Source: Gemmatimonadota bacterium
GTDB taxonomy: Bacteria; JBHIER01; G020348925
Direction of reading: 5' to 3'
Length of the DNA stretch: 64,000 nucleotides
Assembly: GCA_020348925.1 (NCBI GenBank)
Contig: CP070758.1
Location: 2,082,030 to 2,146,029, forward strand
Both the position numbers and the translations under genes were made by a program. The notes beneath the pieces are model-generated. The model ran no database searches. It worked only from the letters and a program-made list of their open reading frames with translations, and was not told where the DNA came from. Of this stretch, positions 1 through 11,620 are shown piece after piece. Numbering within the stretch: the stretch's first letter is position 1; each line of letters begins with the position of its first letter.

Positions 1-243
1 CGGATCGATGCTGTTCGCCACAGGGTAGAAAAAGCTGATTCGGTTTAGTAGTGGCGAACTGTTGTGCATTGCGATGCCGACGAAAGGTCCGCCCACCTCA
101 ATCTGTGCATGCTCACTCTTAAAATTAATTTTCAACGCCTCATACAGAAAATTATCCCTTTGTCGACTACTACAAGAAAAAAAGAGTATTACAGTCACAA
201 CTGATATTATAGAAATAAATAATCCGTATCGTGTTCTCAACAT
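1..243 (-). CDS. Hypothetical lipoprotein, 5' part only (runs off the window); absent from the ORF track
   Basis: Manual translation from the ATG at 243: MLRTRYGLFISIISVVTVILFFSCSSRQ...EVGGPFVGIAMHNSSPLLNRISFFYPVANSIDP, open to position 1. Hydrophobic signal ending in a lipobox-like FFSC; AAGGA upstream. Confidence 0.7.
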   Translation of the reverse strand, partial: MLRTRYGLFISIISVVTVILFFSCSSRQRDNFLYEALKINFKSEHAQIEVGGPFVGIAMHNSSPLLNRISFFYPVANSIDP

Positions 244-687
244 TGTATGTCCTTGTTAGAGAAATGCTCAATATTTGTGTCCATCTTTAAATCTATCTTT
301 CGATTGAGGGTTTGACATTAACAACCTCTCTTTTCAAACCGTAATGTACAAAATTATTATCACACCGTCAAGGGCAACGATGTAGTTTCGACTCTGCGAC
401 TCAACCCAAAAATGTCAACGATATAGAGAATATTACATGAGATTCGATCCCCTGGTAACCATCTTATTACGCTTTCATTAGATAATGGAGGTGATTTCTG
501 TGATTCTTGCGAGTAACATTGACTTTTTAGCTAAAATCCAACGTGTTGATTATCTGTTATGTAGAAAGTCAAGAGATTTCTTGACGATTTTTTCGGACAG
601 GGTGTACTCCTTCCTGAGATGTTGGTGAGACATCGTCTGGTTTTTCTTGTTCTCTGAAAAGTGCAAACCCGCTAAGCACCCATCATA

Positions 688-787
688 NNNNNNNNNNNNN
701 NNNNNNNNNNNNNNNNNNNNNNNNNNNNNNNNNNNNNNNNNNNNNNNNNNNNNNNNNNNNNNNNNNNNNNNNNNNNNNNNNNNNNNN
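688..787. other. Assembly gap (100 N)
   Basis: Run of n. Confidence 1.
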
Positions 788-789
788 TG

Positions 790-3700
790 GTGGTGACCGA
801 TGACAGCGGGACGCCAGGTGTGCCTGGGGATGATTTCAACCCGACTTTTATTGGTGGGGATACGAACGGCAACAGCCAGTTGGATGTGGGGGAGACGTGG
901 ACGTATGAGGCTGGTGGGACGGCCTCGGTGGGTCAGTATGTAAATTACGGGACAGTGACAGGGACCGATCCTGTGGCCGGGGAAGTGGTGGACAACGATC
1001 CCAGTCATTATTTGGGGATTCAGCCCGGATTGGTGGTGACAAAGAGTCTTATTGATCCGGCTGGCGGGACAGCGGCATTGGGTGATGACGTCACCTTCCG
1101 TATCACAATGCAGAATACCGGAAATACGACCATCACCCTTCTCCCGATGAGAGACGATTATCCGGAGACGTGTTTGACACCGGTGAGTGCAACCGTACCA
1201 TGGAGCAGCGATAATGGATCAGTATTGACCTGGAACAATCTGGGATCATTGGCTCCCTCGAACAGTACCATCATTGATGTGACGTTCAATGCTGGTGCGG
1301 CGTGTGATCCGGCCACGAACGTAGCCATCGTGGATCAGGCCAGTGACGAGCACGGGACGCCTGTTCCACCAAACCAGGACGATGCGAACCTGACGGTTAC
1401 GATACCTTCTGCCAGTTACCTCTTGACGAAAACTCTCGTTTCACCTTCTGATGGGACGGCCCAAGTGGGTGAGATGATTGTTTTCCAGATTTCGATAACG
1501 AACACCGGCGGATCGACGATGACGGCTGTGCCGCTCAGCGATACGTACAATCCGTCGTGTCTCGGATATATCTCGGCGTCGGTCGCACCCAGCAGCCAAT
1601 CGGGGGGATCGATTGAATGGACCAACCTGGGACCTCTCACTCCCAGTGCCAGTATGACAGTGACTTTAGGTTTCACGGCCCTCAGCCCCTGCGGGGCGAC
1701 CGTGAATACGGCCGCGATCAACGGGGTCCAGGATGAATACGGGACGCCGTTGCCCTCTCAACAGAAAGCGGCCTCAGTGATCATCTCCTGTAACGATCAG
1801 GACGGGGACGGTGTGTGTGACGATGCGGACAATTGTCCAACAGATCCGAATTCTGCGCAGACCGATACAGACGGCGATGGTCTGGGTGATGCGTGCGATC
1901 CCTGCCCGTACGATGCATTTAACGATTACGACGGCGACGGCATCTGCGCCGATGCGGACAATTGCCCGACAATAAGCAATCCCAACCAGGCCGACAGCGA
2001 CGGTGATGGTCGGGGGGATGCCTGTGACTTCAGCGATACTTTTCCGGATATCGGTACGGCCAAGACTGTCCTCGATTTTGGGGATGTCCCCTCCGGGACG
2101 TGCAGGGATACCCTGTTCGCCATTTCCAACGATGGGACTGCGCACCTGCACGTCTACAGTGTGACGACGAATTGCGACGAGTTCGTTGTGCTCCAGCCGC
2201 CGACACCTCCCTTTACGATTGCTCCCTTCGGCTGTCAGCACATTCCGATCCGGTTCTGTCCGCCTGAGAATGGGCTCGAAAGCTGCTACCTCACCATTAC
2301 GAGTGACGATCCTGACGAGAGTACAAAAATTGTCACGTTGATTGGAAACGGTTCGTCTGCGGCGGAGCCTGATATATCCCTGTCCTCTTCCAATCATAAC
2401 TATGGGGATGTCTTCGTGGGTGCGACGTCACCCTGGAGTTTTTCCATATTAAATACCGAGACAACTCCGTTGCTCATCACCTCGGTCACTTCAAGTCACA
2501 TCGATTTTACGGTGACCGTGCCGTCATCCTATCCGCGAACGGTGCCAGCGGGAGGAACCCTCACTGTGACGGTCGTTTTCAATCCTTCATCTCAGGGTTT
2601 GAAGAACGGATCTCTGAGCGTCATCAACAGCGATCCTGATGAGAGTATTGCCACGGTGCTGCTCCAGGGGAACGGAATCATGTCTGGCGGTGCAGCCGCC
2701 CAGATTTATTTCCCCCAGACCTATTACGGAGCGCCTGGGTCATACGTAACCGTGGATGTCTATGCGGACAACGCGACGTATTTGGCTGAATCGATCGGTG
2801 GGGTGCAACTCAACCTGTCCTTCGATGCCAGCATATTGACGGTCACCAATGTGACGGCGACGCCCAGAACAGTTGACATGGATCTTTTCCAGTGGAACGA
2901 ACCTCAATCCGGACAGGTAGCCATTATTATGGCGGATTTCTCTGGTGATGTCATCGCACCAGCCATCGGCTCTGTGGCTCGTATTACCTTCCTCGTCAGC
3001 AGCAGTTCGGTTGTCGGGCAGAGTGTCGATTTGCAATTCACGAAATCGCTGCTATCCGACCCGTTCAGTCATTCCCTGCCAACGGCTTCGACGAACGGAA
3101 CATTCATTGTCGGTGGGAGCTCATACCTGAAAGGTGATGCAAACCTCGATGGCGAGATCGATGTCTTAGATGTTGTTCTCGTATCCAACATCATCGTTGA
3201 GAAAGTTGATCCAACACCCGAGCAGTTTGATGCTGCCGATTGCAATGATGACGGGAGCGTGGATGTGCTGGATGTTGTCGGCATTGTCAATTCAATACTG
3301 GGGACCGGGACATGTCCGCCGGTGGGAACAACGGGCAAAACCATCGGCTCTCAACCCGGTGTTTTCGGGGCGTCCGACATTTCGGTATCAACGAATACGA
3401 CCTTTGAGCTCCCAATTTTTATGGAGACGGCGACAGAGATATACGGACTTCAGTTCAGATTGAAGTTCGGTTCGGAGTTTTTTATACCCGCTCTGCCGCG
3501 ACTGACGGAACGTAGCGCGCACATGACTCTGGTCTCGAATATCACGGATGATGGGCTGATTGTGGTGATATACAGCCCTGAAGGGAGAGCCGTCCCGGCT
3601 GGAACGGAACCTGTCGTGATCATACCCTTTCGGATGCAAGATACAGGATCCGTGACGCGGAGCATAAAGATGGAATTTGAAGGGGTGATTCTGGCGGTAA

Positions 3701-4044
3701 GCTGTAGGGAGAATATACCCGTGGAGATTGAACCGATCAGCTTCAAGAAGGATACCTTCGTTCCTGAAAGCTGGAGCCTGTTACAGAACTATCCCAATCC
3801 TTTCAATCCTGAGACGAGCATCGGATATCATGTGCCTCGACCAGAACATGTCAAGGTGATTGTGTTCAATACTCTGGGTCAGATGATCCGGACCCTTGTC
3901 GATGGTATGCAACAGCCTGGAGCGTATACGGTGAGATGGGATGGATATGACAATTCCGGACGGCCCCTTCCCAGTGGAATTTACTTCTATCAACTCACTG
4001 CTGGAGATTATTCTCAGACGAAACGGATGATTCTGATAAAGTAA
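790..4044 (+). CDS. Secreted modular protein, 5'-truncated at the gap: DUF11/DUF7507-like Ig repeats, thrombospondin type-3 repeats, 2x choice-of-anchor D (ASH), cohesin-dockerin-cohesin, FlgD-Ig/T9SS-like tail
   Basis: [15 protein letters not shown] (DUF11); DxDGDGxCDxxDNCP (TSP3); [15 protein letters not shown] (ASH); [11 protein letters not shown] (cohesin); [14 protein letters not shown]...[14 protein letters not shown] (dockerin); [11 protein letters not shown]...[11 protein letters not shown]...KRMILIK (tail). Confidence 0.85.
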   Translation: MVTDDSGTPGVPGDDFNPTFIGGDTNGNSQLDVGETWTYEAGGTASVGQYVNYGTVTGTDPVAGEVVDNDPSHYLGIQPGLVVTKSLIDPAGGTAALGDDVTFRITMQNTGNTTITLLPMRDDYPETCLTPVSATVPWSSDNGSVLTWNNLGSLAPSNSTIIDVTFNAGAACDPATNVAIVDQASDEHGTPVPPNQDDANLTVTIPSASYLLTKTLVSPSDGTAQVGEMIVFQISITNTGGSTMTAVPLSDTYNPSCLGYISASVAPSSQSGGSIEWTNLGPLTPSASMTVTLGFTALSPCGATVNTAAINGVQDEYGTPLPSQQKAASVIISCNDQDGDGVCDDADNCPTDPNSAQTDTDGDGLGDACDPCPYDAFNDYDGDGICADADNCPTISNPNQADSDGDGRGDACDFSDTFPDIGTAKTVLDFGDVPSGTCRDTLFAISNDGTAHLHVYSVTTNCDEFVVLQPPTPPFTIAPFGCQHIPIRFCPPENGLESCYLTITSDDPDESTKIVTLIGNGSSAAEPDISLSSSNHNYGDVFVGATSPWSFSILNTETTPLLITSVTSSHIDFTVTVPSSYPRTVPAGGTLTVTVVFNPSSQGLKNGSLSVINSDPDESIATVLLQGNGIMSGGAAAQIYFPQTYYGAPGSYVTVDVYADNATYLAESIGGVQLNLSFDASILTVTNVTATPRTVDMDLFQWNEPQSGQVAIIMADFSGDVIAPAIGSVARITFLVSSSSVVGQSVDLQFTKSLLSDPFSHSLPTASTNGTFIVGGSSYLKGDANLDGEIDVLDVVLVSNIIVEKVDPTPEQFDAADCNDDGSVDVLDVVGIVNSILGTGTCPPVGTTGKTIGSQPGVFGASDISVSTNTTFELPIFMETATEIYGLQFRLKFGSEFFIPALPRLTERSAHMTLVSNITDDGLIVVIYSPEGRAVPAGTEPVVIIPFRMQDTGSVTRSIKMEFEGVILAVSCRENIPVEIEPISFKKDTFVPESWSLLQNYPNPFNPETSIGYHVPRPEHVKVIVFNTLGQMIRTLVDGMQQPGAYTVRWDGYDNSGRPLPSGIYFYQLTAGDYSQTKRMILIK

Positions 4045-4233
4045 CGAGAGACGCACAGAGCCTACGATTTGGACAAAGCCGGGGGCGATTCGGGTTTGGT
4101 GATGTATCGCCCCACGGTAATTCTACTCGATGCCATTTGTATCAGTGCACATAAAATGCTTTAGCCTGAGAACCGACTTTGAGCGGATTCGAAGATTTTG
4201 AAAGAAAGGCCGCGTTTCAAGTAAGGAAACGAT

Positions 4234-6168
4234 GTGACGGATGAACAAAAAACAAAGAAGCAACTCGTCGCTGAGCTGAAGCACATGCAACAGCGGGTTG
4301 CGGATTTGGAGGTGTCGGAGGCCAAGTGTAAGCACGCGGAGGAGGTGCTGCGGGTTTCCCATCGCTTTCTCGGGATCGCGAACCGGCGGATGGAGATGAT
4401 TCCCCTGCTGCGTGAATTTGTGGCGGAAGTCAAGAACTTCACCGGCTGTACCGCCGTAGGAATCCGCATATTGGAGGACGAAGGGAACATACCCTACCAG
4501 GTTTTTGAGGGTTTCAGCCGGGAATTCTATGAATTCGAGAGCCCGCTTTCGGTCAATTCGGACGCATGCATGTGTATCAATGTGATCAAGGGAGATACCG
4601 ACCCGGAGCGCCCTTTTTTCACCGAGGGTGGCTCCTTCTTCATGAACACCACGACGCGCTTTCTGGCCACGGTTTCGGAGGAGGAGAAGGGGCAGACCCG
4701 CAATGTGTGCAACGAGCACGGCTACGAGTCCGTGACACTCATTCCGATCCGCCTGGCGGACCGCATCCTGGGTTTGATTCACGTGGCGGATTTCCGGGAG
4801 GGGATGGTCCCTCTGGAAAAGGTGGAGGTGCTGGAGACGGCGGCCATGGAGCTGGGTACGGCCATCCAGCGGGTGCGATTGGAGGACATCCTGCAGCGGA
4901 GCAAGAGGGAATGGGAAAGAACCTTCGATGCCATGTCCGATTGGGTGTGTCTGATCGATCTCGAGACGCGCAGGATCGTGCGGAGCAACCGTGTGGGAGA
5001 GCACTTTACAGGCCTCCCCCTGCCGGAGATCATTGGCGGCAACTGCTGTGCTATGGCTCACGCTTCAGAGGAACCGGTCTCGGACTGTCCGGTGGAAAAG
5101 ATGCTCAGAACGCACCAGCGGGAATCGGCGGAGATTCAGGGGCCTGACGGCGACCGGTGGCTGATGGTTACGGTGGATCCGCAGACGGATGAGCAGGGAA
5201 ATCTCGTCGGTGCTGTCCACATCGTCTCCGACATTACCGAAAGGAAGCGGGCTGAGAAAACACTCAGTGAACAGAAATCACTCCTGGACGAGGTCTTCAA
5301 CGGGATCAATGAGGGGATTGGAATTGTCGATGAGAACGAAACCATTCTCTTCTGCAATCCTGCCTATGCCGACATCTTCGAAGGGAACAAGGATGATTTC
5401 GTGGGTAAAACTGTGCTCTCGTTCTTCGATGCTGAGGCGTATTCCAAAATTCTCCAAGGGACGCAAGAGAGACGAGCAGGGAAAACCACCACGTACGAAA
5501 TTCCGCTCGTCACCCTCAAGGGCAACCGGAAATTTATTCGTATTACTGCGTCCCCGCGCTACAAGGAGAATGGATCTTACGCCGGTGCTTTTGGTGCTGT
5601 TCTGGATATTACTGACCGGGTGCAGGCGGAGGAAACCATCAGGCAGTTGGCCTATCACGACGATCTGACAGGTCTTCCCAACCGGATGCTGTTCGATGAT
5701 CGCCTGTCCCTGGCCTTGGCCCAGGCCGAGCGCCATCGACAGAAATTTGCTGTCCTGTTGCTTGATCTGGATAATTTCAAGGATATCAATGATACGCTGG
5801 GGCACAGTGTGGGAGATGCATTGCTGCGCGTGATCGGGGATCGGCTGACAGGGCTTCTGCGTAAGAGCGATACTGTCGCCCGACTTGGAGGAGACGAATT
5901 TTTACTCCTGCTGCCTGAGATCGGGTGTATGGAAGACGCGGCGAAGACCGCCCAAAAAATCCTCAAGACCATCCGTGAGCCAATTGAGCTGGATGGCCGT
6001 CATCTCAATATCACCACCAGCGTCGGGATCGCTCTCTTTCCCGACCATGGTGAAGATGGAGACAGCCTCATAAAGAATGCCGATATTGCCATGTACCGTG
6101 CCAAGAATCGAGGTCGGGATACGTTCCAAAGGTACGCGAACGATTTGAAAGTTCGGACGATTGGATGA
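4234..6168 (+). CDS. Diguanylate cyclase, GAF-PAS-PAS-GGDEF
   Basis: AYHDDLTGLPNR, RKSD I-site-like motif, RLGGDEF, ADIAMYRAK; PAS/PAC ends SDITERK and LDITDR; GTG start after AAGGAA. Confidence 0.92.
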   Translation: MTDEQKTKKQLVAELKHMQQRVADLEVSEAKCKHAEEVLRVSHRFLGIANRRMEMIPLLREFVAEVKNFTGCTAVGIRILEDEGNIPYQVFEGFSREFYEFESPLSVNSDACMCINVIKGDTDPERPFFTEGGSFFMNTTTRFLATVSEEEKGQTRNVCNEHGYESVTLIPIRLADRILGLIHVADFREGMVPLEKVEVLETAAMELGTAIQRVRLEDILQRSKREWERTFDAMSDWVCLIDLETRRIVRSNRVGEHFTGLPLPEIIGGNCCAMAHASEEPVSDCPVEKMLRTHQRESAEIQGPDGDRWLMVTVDPQTDEQGNLVGAVHIVSDITERKRAEKTLSEQKSLLDEVFNGINEGIGIVDENETILFCNPAYADIFEGNKDDFVGKTVLSFFDAEAYSKILQGTQERRAGKTTTYEIPLVTLKGNRKFIRITASPRYKENGSYAGAFGAVLDITDRVQAEETIRQLAYHDDLTGLPNRMLFDDRLSLALAQAERHRQKFAVLLLDLDNFKDINDTLGHSVGDALLRVIGDRLTGLLRKSDTVARLGGDEFLLLLPEIGCMEDAAKTAQKILKTIREPIELDGRHLNITTSVGIALFPDHGEDGDSLIKNADIAMYRAKNRGRDTFQRYANDLKVRTIG

Positions 6169-6830
6169 GGGGTATCATCCTCGTGATATCACGACCTGCG
6201 CATGAGCGGAACGATCACAGAGACAAAGGAGAGAAAAAGAGCAGCTTCTTCGTGAATCGGTTCTTTTCCAATCTGCTTGAACATCATGGCCAAAAGAGTG
6301 TGATACTTTTGAAGTTGAAAGAAATCGATTTCGAAGCCTGGGCGCCGTGCCTGGGATTCGGGAATTCGTTGTATCTCCCCAAAGAAACTTGACGACGTAC
6401 CCATAACTATATGGGGCAAAACATGTTTATGACGGCCATCCCACCTTCGTGGGGATGGCCTTTTCATTGTGCCAGCCAGAGCGATTGTTCCGAGGTGCCT
6501 CAAAGAATCCAGCCCCCGTTTTCTCGTGTCTCTTTTTCGAGGGCGAACATTTTTCCCGCGATCAAGCCGGGTATTGAAAAATGGGTTGCTGAAAGGATTG
6601 AAGCGTGTTATTATTAGAGGGACTGGTTCCAAGTGGGCAGTCTCGACAGGTGGAGGGGCCGCTCAAATGATATTATGGTGGCAATACAGAAACGGTTTTT
6701 TGAATAACTTCTGTCGAACACGGATCTGTACCGGCTGCTTTTTCGCAGCCTCTTCTGGGATGTTGTTCGATGAATTCCAAGCGTTGCATATCTGACGATT
6801 CCTCAGGAATCAAAGCCGTGAAAGAAAATC

Positions 6831-9662
6831 ATGGATAGAGAACACCACGCTTCAATGCTTCGTTTTGTGGCTCAGGGGAAAGCCCGTTTCCTGCTGGGCG
6901 TCTCAATCGTCTTGGGATTGTACCTGACGAGCCTTTACAGCTACCTGCTTTTTCACAGTCTCGCTGAAATATTCAGCATCGTCGTGGCTTGCAGTATTTT
7001 TATGGTGTTCTGGAACTCCCGACGTTTATTGAGCAGTGGCTATTTTCTGTTCATTGGTATTGCCTATCTGTTCGTCGGGGGTATGGATCTGCTCCATACA
7101 TTGAGTTACACAGGCATGGGGGTGTTTCCGGGATATGGGACGAATTTACCAACCCAGTTGTGGATCACAGCCCGCTATCTTGAGAGCCTCTCTTTTCTCA
7201 TCGCCGTGTTCTTTCTTCGTCACAAACTGAAAACCATTTTCGTGATTCTCGGTTATACTCTGACCGTTTCAGTTCTGCTGATCTCGATTTTTTATTGGAA
7301 GATTTTTCCCGATTGTTTTGTTGAGGGGCCTGGTTTGACCCCCTTCAAGAAGATCAGCGAATATTGTATCTCTCTCATACTCCTCGTTTCGATAGGACTG
7401 CTGGTTCGGAAAAGGAGGGAGTTCGATAACCATATCTACCGCTTGTTGGTCTCATCGATCGTTCTGACCATTGCTTCGGAGTTGGCCTTCACGTTTTATG
7501 TCCATGCCTACGGCCTGCCCAATCTGATCGGGCACTTCCTCAAGATTGTGTCGTTTTATCTCATTTACAAGGCACTTATTGAGGTTGGTCTGAGTCAACC
7601 GTACCATCTCATGTTCAGAGATTTGAAGCGGAGTGAGGAAAAATATCGCGATCTGGTTGAAAATACGAGCGATGTCATCTATGCCCTTGATACCGCTGGG
7701 GTGTTGACGTACGTCAGTCCTGCAGTGGAATCGTTTATCGGATACAGTTCATTCGAGGTTCAAGGTCACAATATCAAGGAATTCATACATGACGAAGATG
7801 TACCGATCATCACGGAGGGTCTGCGGACAGTGTTTTCAGGCCAATCTGCGGCCAACGAGTATCGGGTGTTGAGCAAATCCGGCGAAGTGCGTTGGATGCG
7901 CACTTCGAGCAAGCCTGTATTTGTAAAAAATCGTGTCGTGGGATTGAGTGGAGTGCTGACCGATATTACCGAGCGGAAGCTGGCGGAGGAGGCGCTGCGA
8001 GAGTCAGAGCGAGAGTTGGCCATCAGAAACCGGATCGCCTCTGTTTTTCTCACCATCCCAGATGAGGAGATGTACGGAAATGTGTTGGAGGTAATTGTGG
8101 AGGCCATGGAAAGTACATACGGAGTTTTTGGATATATAGATGAGTATGGGTCACTGATTATTCCCTCTATGACCAGAGACATCTGGGATCAGTGTCAGGT
8201 TCTTGAGAAGACAATTGTATTCCCTCGCGACAAATGGGGTGGCATTTGGGGTCGCGCCCTCACACAGAAGAGAAGCCTGTATGCCAATGAAGGCTTGAAT
8301 GTACCCCAGGGGCATGTTCCCATAGCGAAGGTTCTGGTCGTACCTATTGTGTATGATAAAGAAATAATAGGGCTTTTAGAGGTTGCCAACAGGGCCAGAG
8401 ACTACGGCGAAAAGGACAAGGAGTTCCTGGAAGGCATTGCGGGTTATATGGCTCCGGTTCTGAGTGCAAGATTGCAGAGAGATCGCCAGGAGGGGGAACG
8501 TCAGCATGTGGAGGAATCGTTGCGGAAGAGTGAAGAAAGATTGAAGCATTTCGTTGAATCAGCTACCGACAGTATTCTCCTCTTGGATTCCCACTTGAAC
8601 ATCGTCGAGGTGAATGAAATCGGATTGAACGAATTTGGCCTGAGTAAAAACGAGATCCTTGGAAAGAATCTCTCAGAGCTTGTGCCCGACCTTCGGGAGT
8701 CAGGCAGATATGACAAGTATATGGAAGTGATGAAAACCGGGGAACCATTCATTAGAGATGATCTTATTCATCATCCTGAATTTGGAGAGAAACACGTAAC
8801 CGTAAAAGTGTTTCAAGTGGGTAGTGGTCTTGGAATTATTGCTATGGACATCACCCAAAGAAAGCTCTTGGAGGAAAAGCTCACAAAAATGGCTCACGAT
8901 CTGGAGAAGGAGGTTGAAAAGCGAACAAAGGAGCTGCTGAAAACGCAACACCATTTAACGCAATCGCAGAAGTTAGCGGGCCTGGGGCAATTGGCTGCCG
9001 GTGTTTCTCATGAGCTCAGAAATCCTCTGGGTATCATCAATGCATCGTTGTATTTTCTCAAGAGTACTTTTACAATCGAAAATTCTGCCTTTCACAAGCA
9101 TATCAAGATCATGGAGGAGGAAGTGGAACGCTCCAGCAAAATAGTTGAAAATCTTCTGGAATTTGCCCGTCGCTCACCCTACGACGTGCAGGCGATCGAT
9201 GTCAACGAGCTTCTGGAGAAGACTCTGATTCTGCTGGAGAAGGAGTTGTTGGCCAATGACGTCAGAGTCTCGACGGTCTTTGAGCCGTTACCCCAGGTGA
9301 GTTTACACCTCGATGAGATGAAACAGGTTTTTCTCAATATTTTGCTGAACGCGACGCAGGCAATGCCTGAAGGCGGCGATCTGAAAATAAACACGCATGT
9401 TGTTCAAGGGGATGAAGGGGATGGGTACGTGAGTATTGTTTTTCAAGATACCGGAATTGGTATTTCCGAGGAGGATCTGACCAATATTTTCAATCCGTTC
9501 TTTACGACGAAGGAAGGGGGGGTGGGGTTGGGATTGTCGCTCGTGTATGCCACTGTGAAGAGATTTGGGGGGAAAATACACATTGACAGTCATAGAGGTG
9601 AAGGGACGAAGGTCACCCTGAAGCTCCCGCTGATCCAGGGAAGCTTTTTTTCGAAAACATAG
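6831..9662 (+). CDS. MASE3-domain sensor histidine kinase (MASE3-PAS-GAF-PAS-HisKA-HATPase)
   Basis: YLLFHSLAEIFSIVVA...DLLHTLSY...TQLWITARY (MASE3); H-box GVSHELRNPL; NATQAM, DTGIGI, FNPFFTTK, GVGLGL. Confidence 0.92.
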   Translation: MDREHHASMLRFVAQGKARFLLGVSIVLGLYLTSLYSYLLFHSLAEIFSIVVACSIFMVFWNSRRLLSSGYFLFIGIAYLFVGGMDLLHTLSYTGMGVFPGYGTNLPTQLWITARYLESLSFLIAVFFLRHKLKTIFVILGYTLTVSVLLISIFYWKIFPDCFVEGPGLTPFKKISEYCISLILLVSIGLLVRKRREFDNHIYRLLVSSIVLTIASELAFTFYVHAYGLPNLIGHFLKIVSFYLIYKALIEVGLSQPYHLMFRDLKRSEEKYRDLVENTSDVIYALDTAGVLTYVSPAVESFIGYSSFEVQGHNIKEFIHDEDVPIITEGLRTVFSGQSAANEYRVLSKSGEVRWMRTSSKPVFVKNRVVGLSGVLTDITERKLAEEALRESERELAIRNRIASVFLTIPDEEMYGNVLEVIVEAMESTYGVFGYIDEYGSLIIPSMTRDIWDQCQVLEKTIVFPRDKWGGIWGRALTQKRSLYANEGLNVPQGHVPIAKVLVVPIVYDKEIIGLLEVANRARDYGEKDKEFLEGIAGYMAPVLSARLQRDRQEGERQHVEESLRKSEERLKHFVESATDSILLLDSHLNIVEVNEIGLNEFGLSKNEILGKNLSELVPDLRESGRYDKYMEVMKTGEPFIRDDLIHHPEFGEKHVTVKVFQVGSGLGIIAMDITQRKLLEEKLTKMAHDLEKEVEKRTKELLKTQHHLTQSQKLAGLGQLAAGVSHELRNPLGIINASLYFLKSTFTIENSAFHKHIKIMEEEVERSSKIVENLLEFARRSPYDVQAIDVNELLEKTLILLEKELLANDVRVSTVFEPLPQVSLHLDEMKQVFLNILLNATQAMPEGGDLKINTHVVQGDEGDGYVSIVFQDTGIGISEEDLTNIFNPFFTTKEGGVGLGLSLVYATVKRFGGKIHIDSHRGEGTKVTLKLPLIQGSFFSKT

Positions 9663-9718
9663 CGGGGGAGTCGTGAGGGAACATGTAGGGATAGGAGTCG
9701 GATTTCGAGGGGTGCTCA

Positions 9719-11086
9719 ATGCGTAACACTTTGAATATACTGCTGGTGGATGACGAGATCAATATGTTGGAGGTGATGAGAGATGTTCTGGAAGCTGAGG
9801 GGCACTGTGTGACAACTGTCAGCAGCGGATATGAGGCTTTGGAAAAGTGTGAGGATGATCCTCCCTTTGATCTGATCATCACCGATTTGAAGATGCCTCG
9901 AATGAACGGCATTGAACTTCTGGAAAAAGTCAGGGAGAAAGGGTCTCCGATTCCGGTTGTGATACTGACTGCACACGGAACAATTGGGAGCGCTGTGGAG
10001 GCGGTCAAGAAGGGAGCGTACGATTACATTCTCAAGCCGTTCAAGCCCGATGAAATATTTGGAATGATCGGGCGGATATTGGAGCGAAAGAATCTCTTGG
10101 ACGATAACCTCTATTTTCAAAAGGAACTGAGCAAGGCATACGGGTTCGAGACCATAATTGGCACTTCGTCGGTGATGCAAGATTTGTTCGAGAACATTGA
10201 GAAGGTGGCCAGGACCGATGCTTCGGTGGTTTTAAGGGGTGAGAGTGGCACGGGAAAGGAGTTGCTCGCACATATCATTCACTACGCCAGCCGTAGGAAA
10301 AACAAGCGATTTGTGAAAGTGAGCTGTGCCTCTCTGGCCGAAGGTGTTTTGGAGAGCGAGCTTTTTGGGCATGAGAAGGGAGCTTTTACCTCGGCCGTTA
10401 CTAGCAAACCCGGAAGATTCGAGGTGGCTCACGGCGGCACCCTCTTTCTGGATGAGATCGGTGATATCCCCCTGACGACTCAGATCAAGCTGCTCCGTGT
10501 GCTCCAGACGAAAGAGTTCGAGCGAGTCGGTGGAACGCGGACGATAAAAGTGGACGTGCGATTGATTTCGGCGACCAACCAGGATCTTGAGGAGAAGAAA
10601 AAGCAAGGCACTTTTCGGGAAGATCTGTTCTATCGTCTCCATGTCGTCCCGATCCTTGTCCCTCCCTTGAGGGAGAGATCGGAGGATATTCCGATCCTCT
10701 CAGAATACTTTTTAAGACTGTTTTCCGATCAGACGAATAAGCGGATTCGCGGGTTTTCCCAAAAAGCTCTCGAGCTGATGTCGTCATATCCTTGGCCTGG
10801 GAATGTCAGAGAGCTCCGAAATTACATCGAACGAGCCACCGTTTTTTGCCAGTCAGATGTCATCAAACCTGAGGATCTTCCGCCTGTTCTGATGCACCAC
10901 GGGGATACGGGGAGACTGAGCTTGAGCTTAGAATCAAGATCTCTCTGTGAACTGGAAAAAAAGTTGATACGAACCGTTCTTGAAGAAGCACAATGGAATT
11001 TGACGAAGGCGGCCGGAGCGTTGCAGATCAGCCGGGGGACACTTTACAGTAAGCTTAAGAAATACGGTCTGACTGAGAAGGCATGA
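9719..11086 (+). CDS. Sigma54-dependent response regulator (NtrC/AtoC family; REC-AAA+-Fis HTH)
   Basis: LLVDD and ITDLKMP receiver; GESGTGKE; ESELFGHEKGAFTSA (GAFTGA variant); LFLDEIG; WPGNVRELRN; C-terminal AAGALQISRGTLYSKL. Confidence 0.95.
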   Translation: MRNTLNILLVDDEINMLEVMRDVLEAEGHCVTTVSSGYEALEKCEDDPPFDLIITDLKMPRMNGIELLEKVREKGSPIPVVILTAHGTIGSAVEAVKKGAYDYILKPFKPDEIFGMIGRILERKNLLDDNLYFQKELSKAYGFETIIGTSSVMQDLFENIEKVARTDASVVLRGESGTGKELLAHIIHYASRRKNKRFVKVSCASLAEGVLESELFGHEKGAFTSAVTSKPGRFEVAHGGTLFLDEIGDIPLTTQIKLLRVLQTKEFERVGGTRTIKVDVRLISATNQDLEEKKKQGTFREDLFYRLHVVPILVPPLRERSEDIPILSEYFLRLFSDQTNKRIRGFSQKALELMSSYPWPGNVRELRNYIERATVFCQSDVIKPEDLPPVLMHHGDTGRLSLSLESRSLCELEKKLIRTVLEEAQWNLTKAAGALQISRGTLYSKLKKYGLTEKA

Positions 11087-11242
11087 TGGTTTGTGCCAAG
11101 AATGTGCGGAGTCCTTTTACCGCTCGCCACGAAAATGCTGCGAGTTTAAGAAGGAGTGGATACTGTGCCACTGAAGCACCGAGATGCAGAGATCCATGAA
11201 AGACAATAATAATATTTAAGACCCAAGTTTTATCGTTCAATC

Positions 11243-11335
11243 TGTTGGATTTTGAACGATGCGACGTGACATCTAAGAGTTTGTTCTGCAACAACACAGA
11301 AGAACCATTCAGCTGTTACTGCCCGATTTTGAACA
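11243..11335. promoter_or_regulatory. Two candidate enhancer-binding-protein UAS sites
   Basis: TGTTGGATTTTGAACG (11243-11258) and TGCCCGATTTTGAACA (11320-11335) share GATTTTGAAC and have TGY-N10-ACR geometry, about 110-200 bp upstream of a sigma54 motif. Confidence 0.45.
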
Positions 11336-11444
11336 AAGTTTCCCCGCCGGGCCATTCCAAGTTCCTTCCCTAAAAAGTGCTTTGCATTTCCAATTTCTTT
11401 ATTACTAAGATCTTAGAGAACTATGCCGATGACCGCTGGGTTTG

Positions 11445-11460
11445 TGGCATAAGAATTGCA
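11445..11460 (+). promoter_or_regulatory. Sigma54 (-24/-12) promoter
   Basis: TGGCAT-AAGAA-TTGCA matches TGGCAY-N5-TTGCW, upstream of 11621. Confidence 0.75.
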
Positions 11461-11620
11461 TTTTGGGAAACTCAGGTATCGTGACAAATCCCGAAGCGGT
11501 TGGTGAGGGGTTTATGAGAAGATGCGTGGGCATGAGGAGAGACATTTTTGAACCACACGGGTGGGAATGCCGATCCGAAGATGTTGGACTTGAAATTGAA
11601 ATGGGCCGACCGATCCGAAC

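Noticed and set aside
550-1008. ORFs spanning N gaps (also 38292-38573, 57251-57608, 63062-63536)
   Set aside because: Artefacts of translating through 100-N spacers that join possibly unrelated contigs.
6163-6194. TGA plus hairpin/palindrome as a selenocysteine readthrough signal
   Set aside because: The GGDEF domain is already complete and another in-frame TGA follows within five codons.
6165-6795. Short ORFs between the cyclase and the kinase
   Set aside because: No family motifs or convincing RBS; treated as intergenic.
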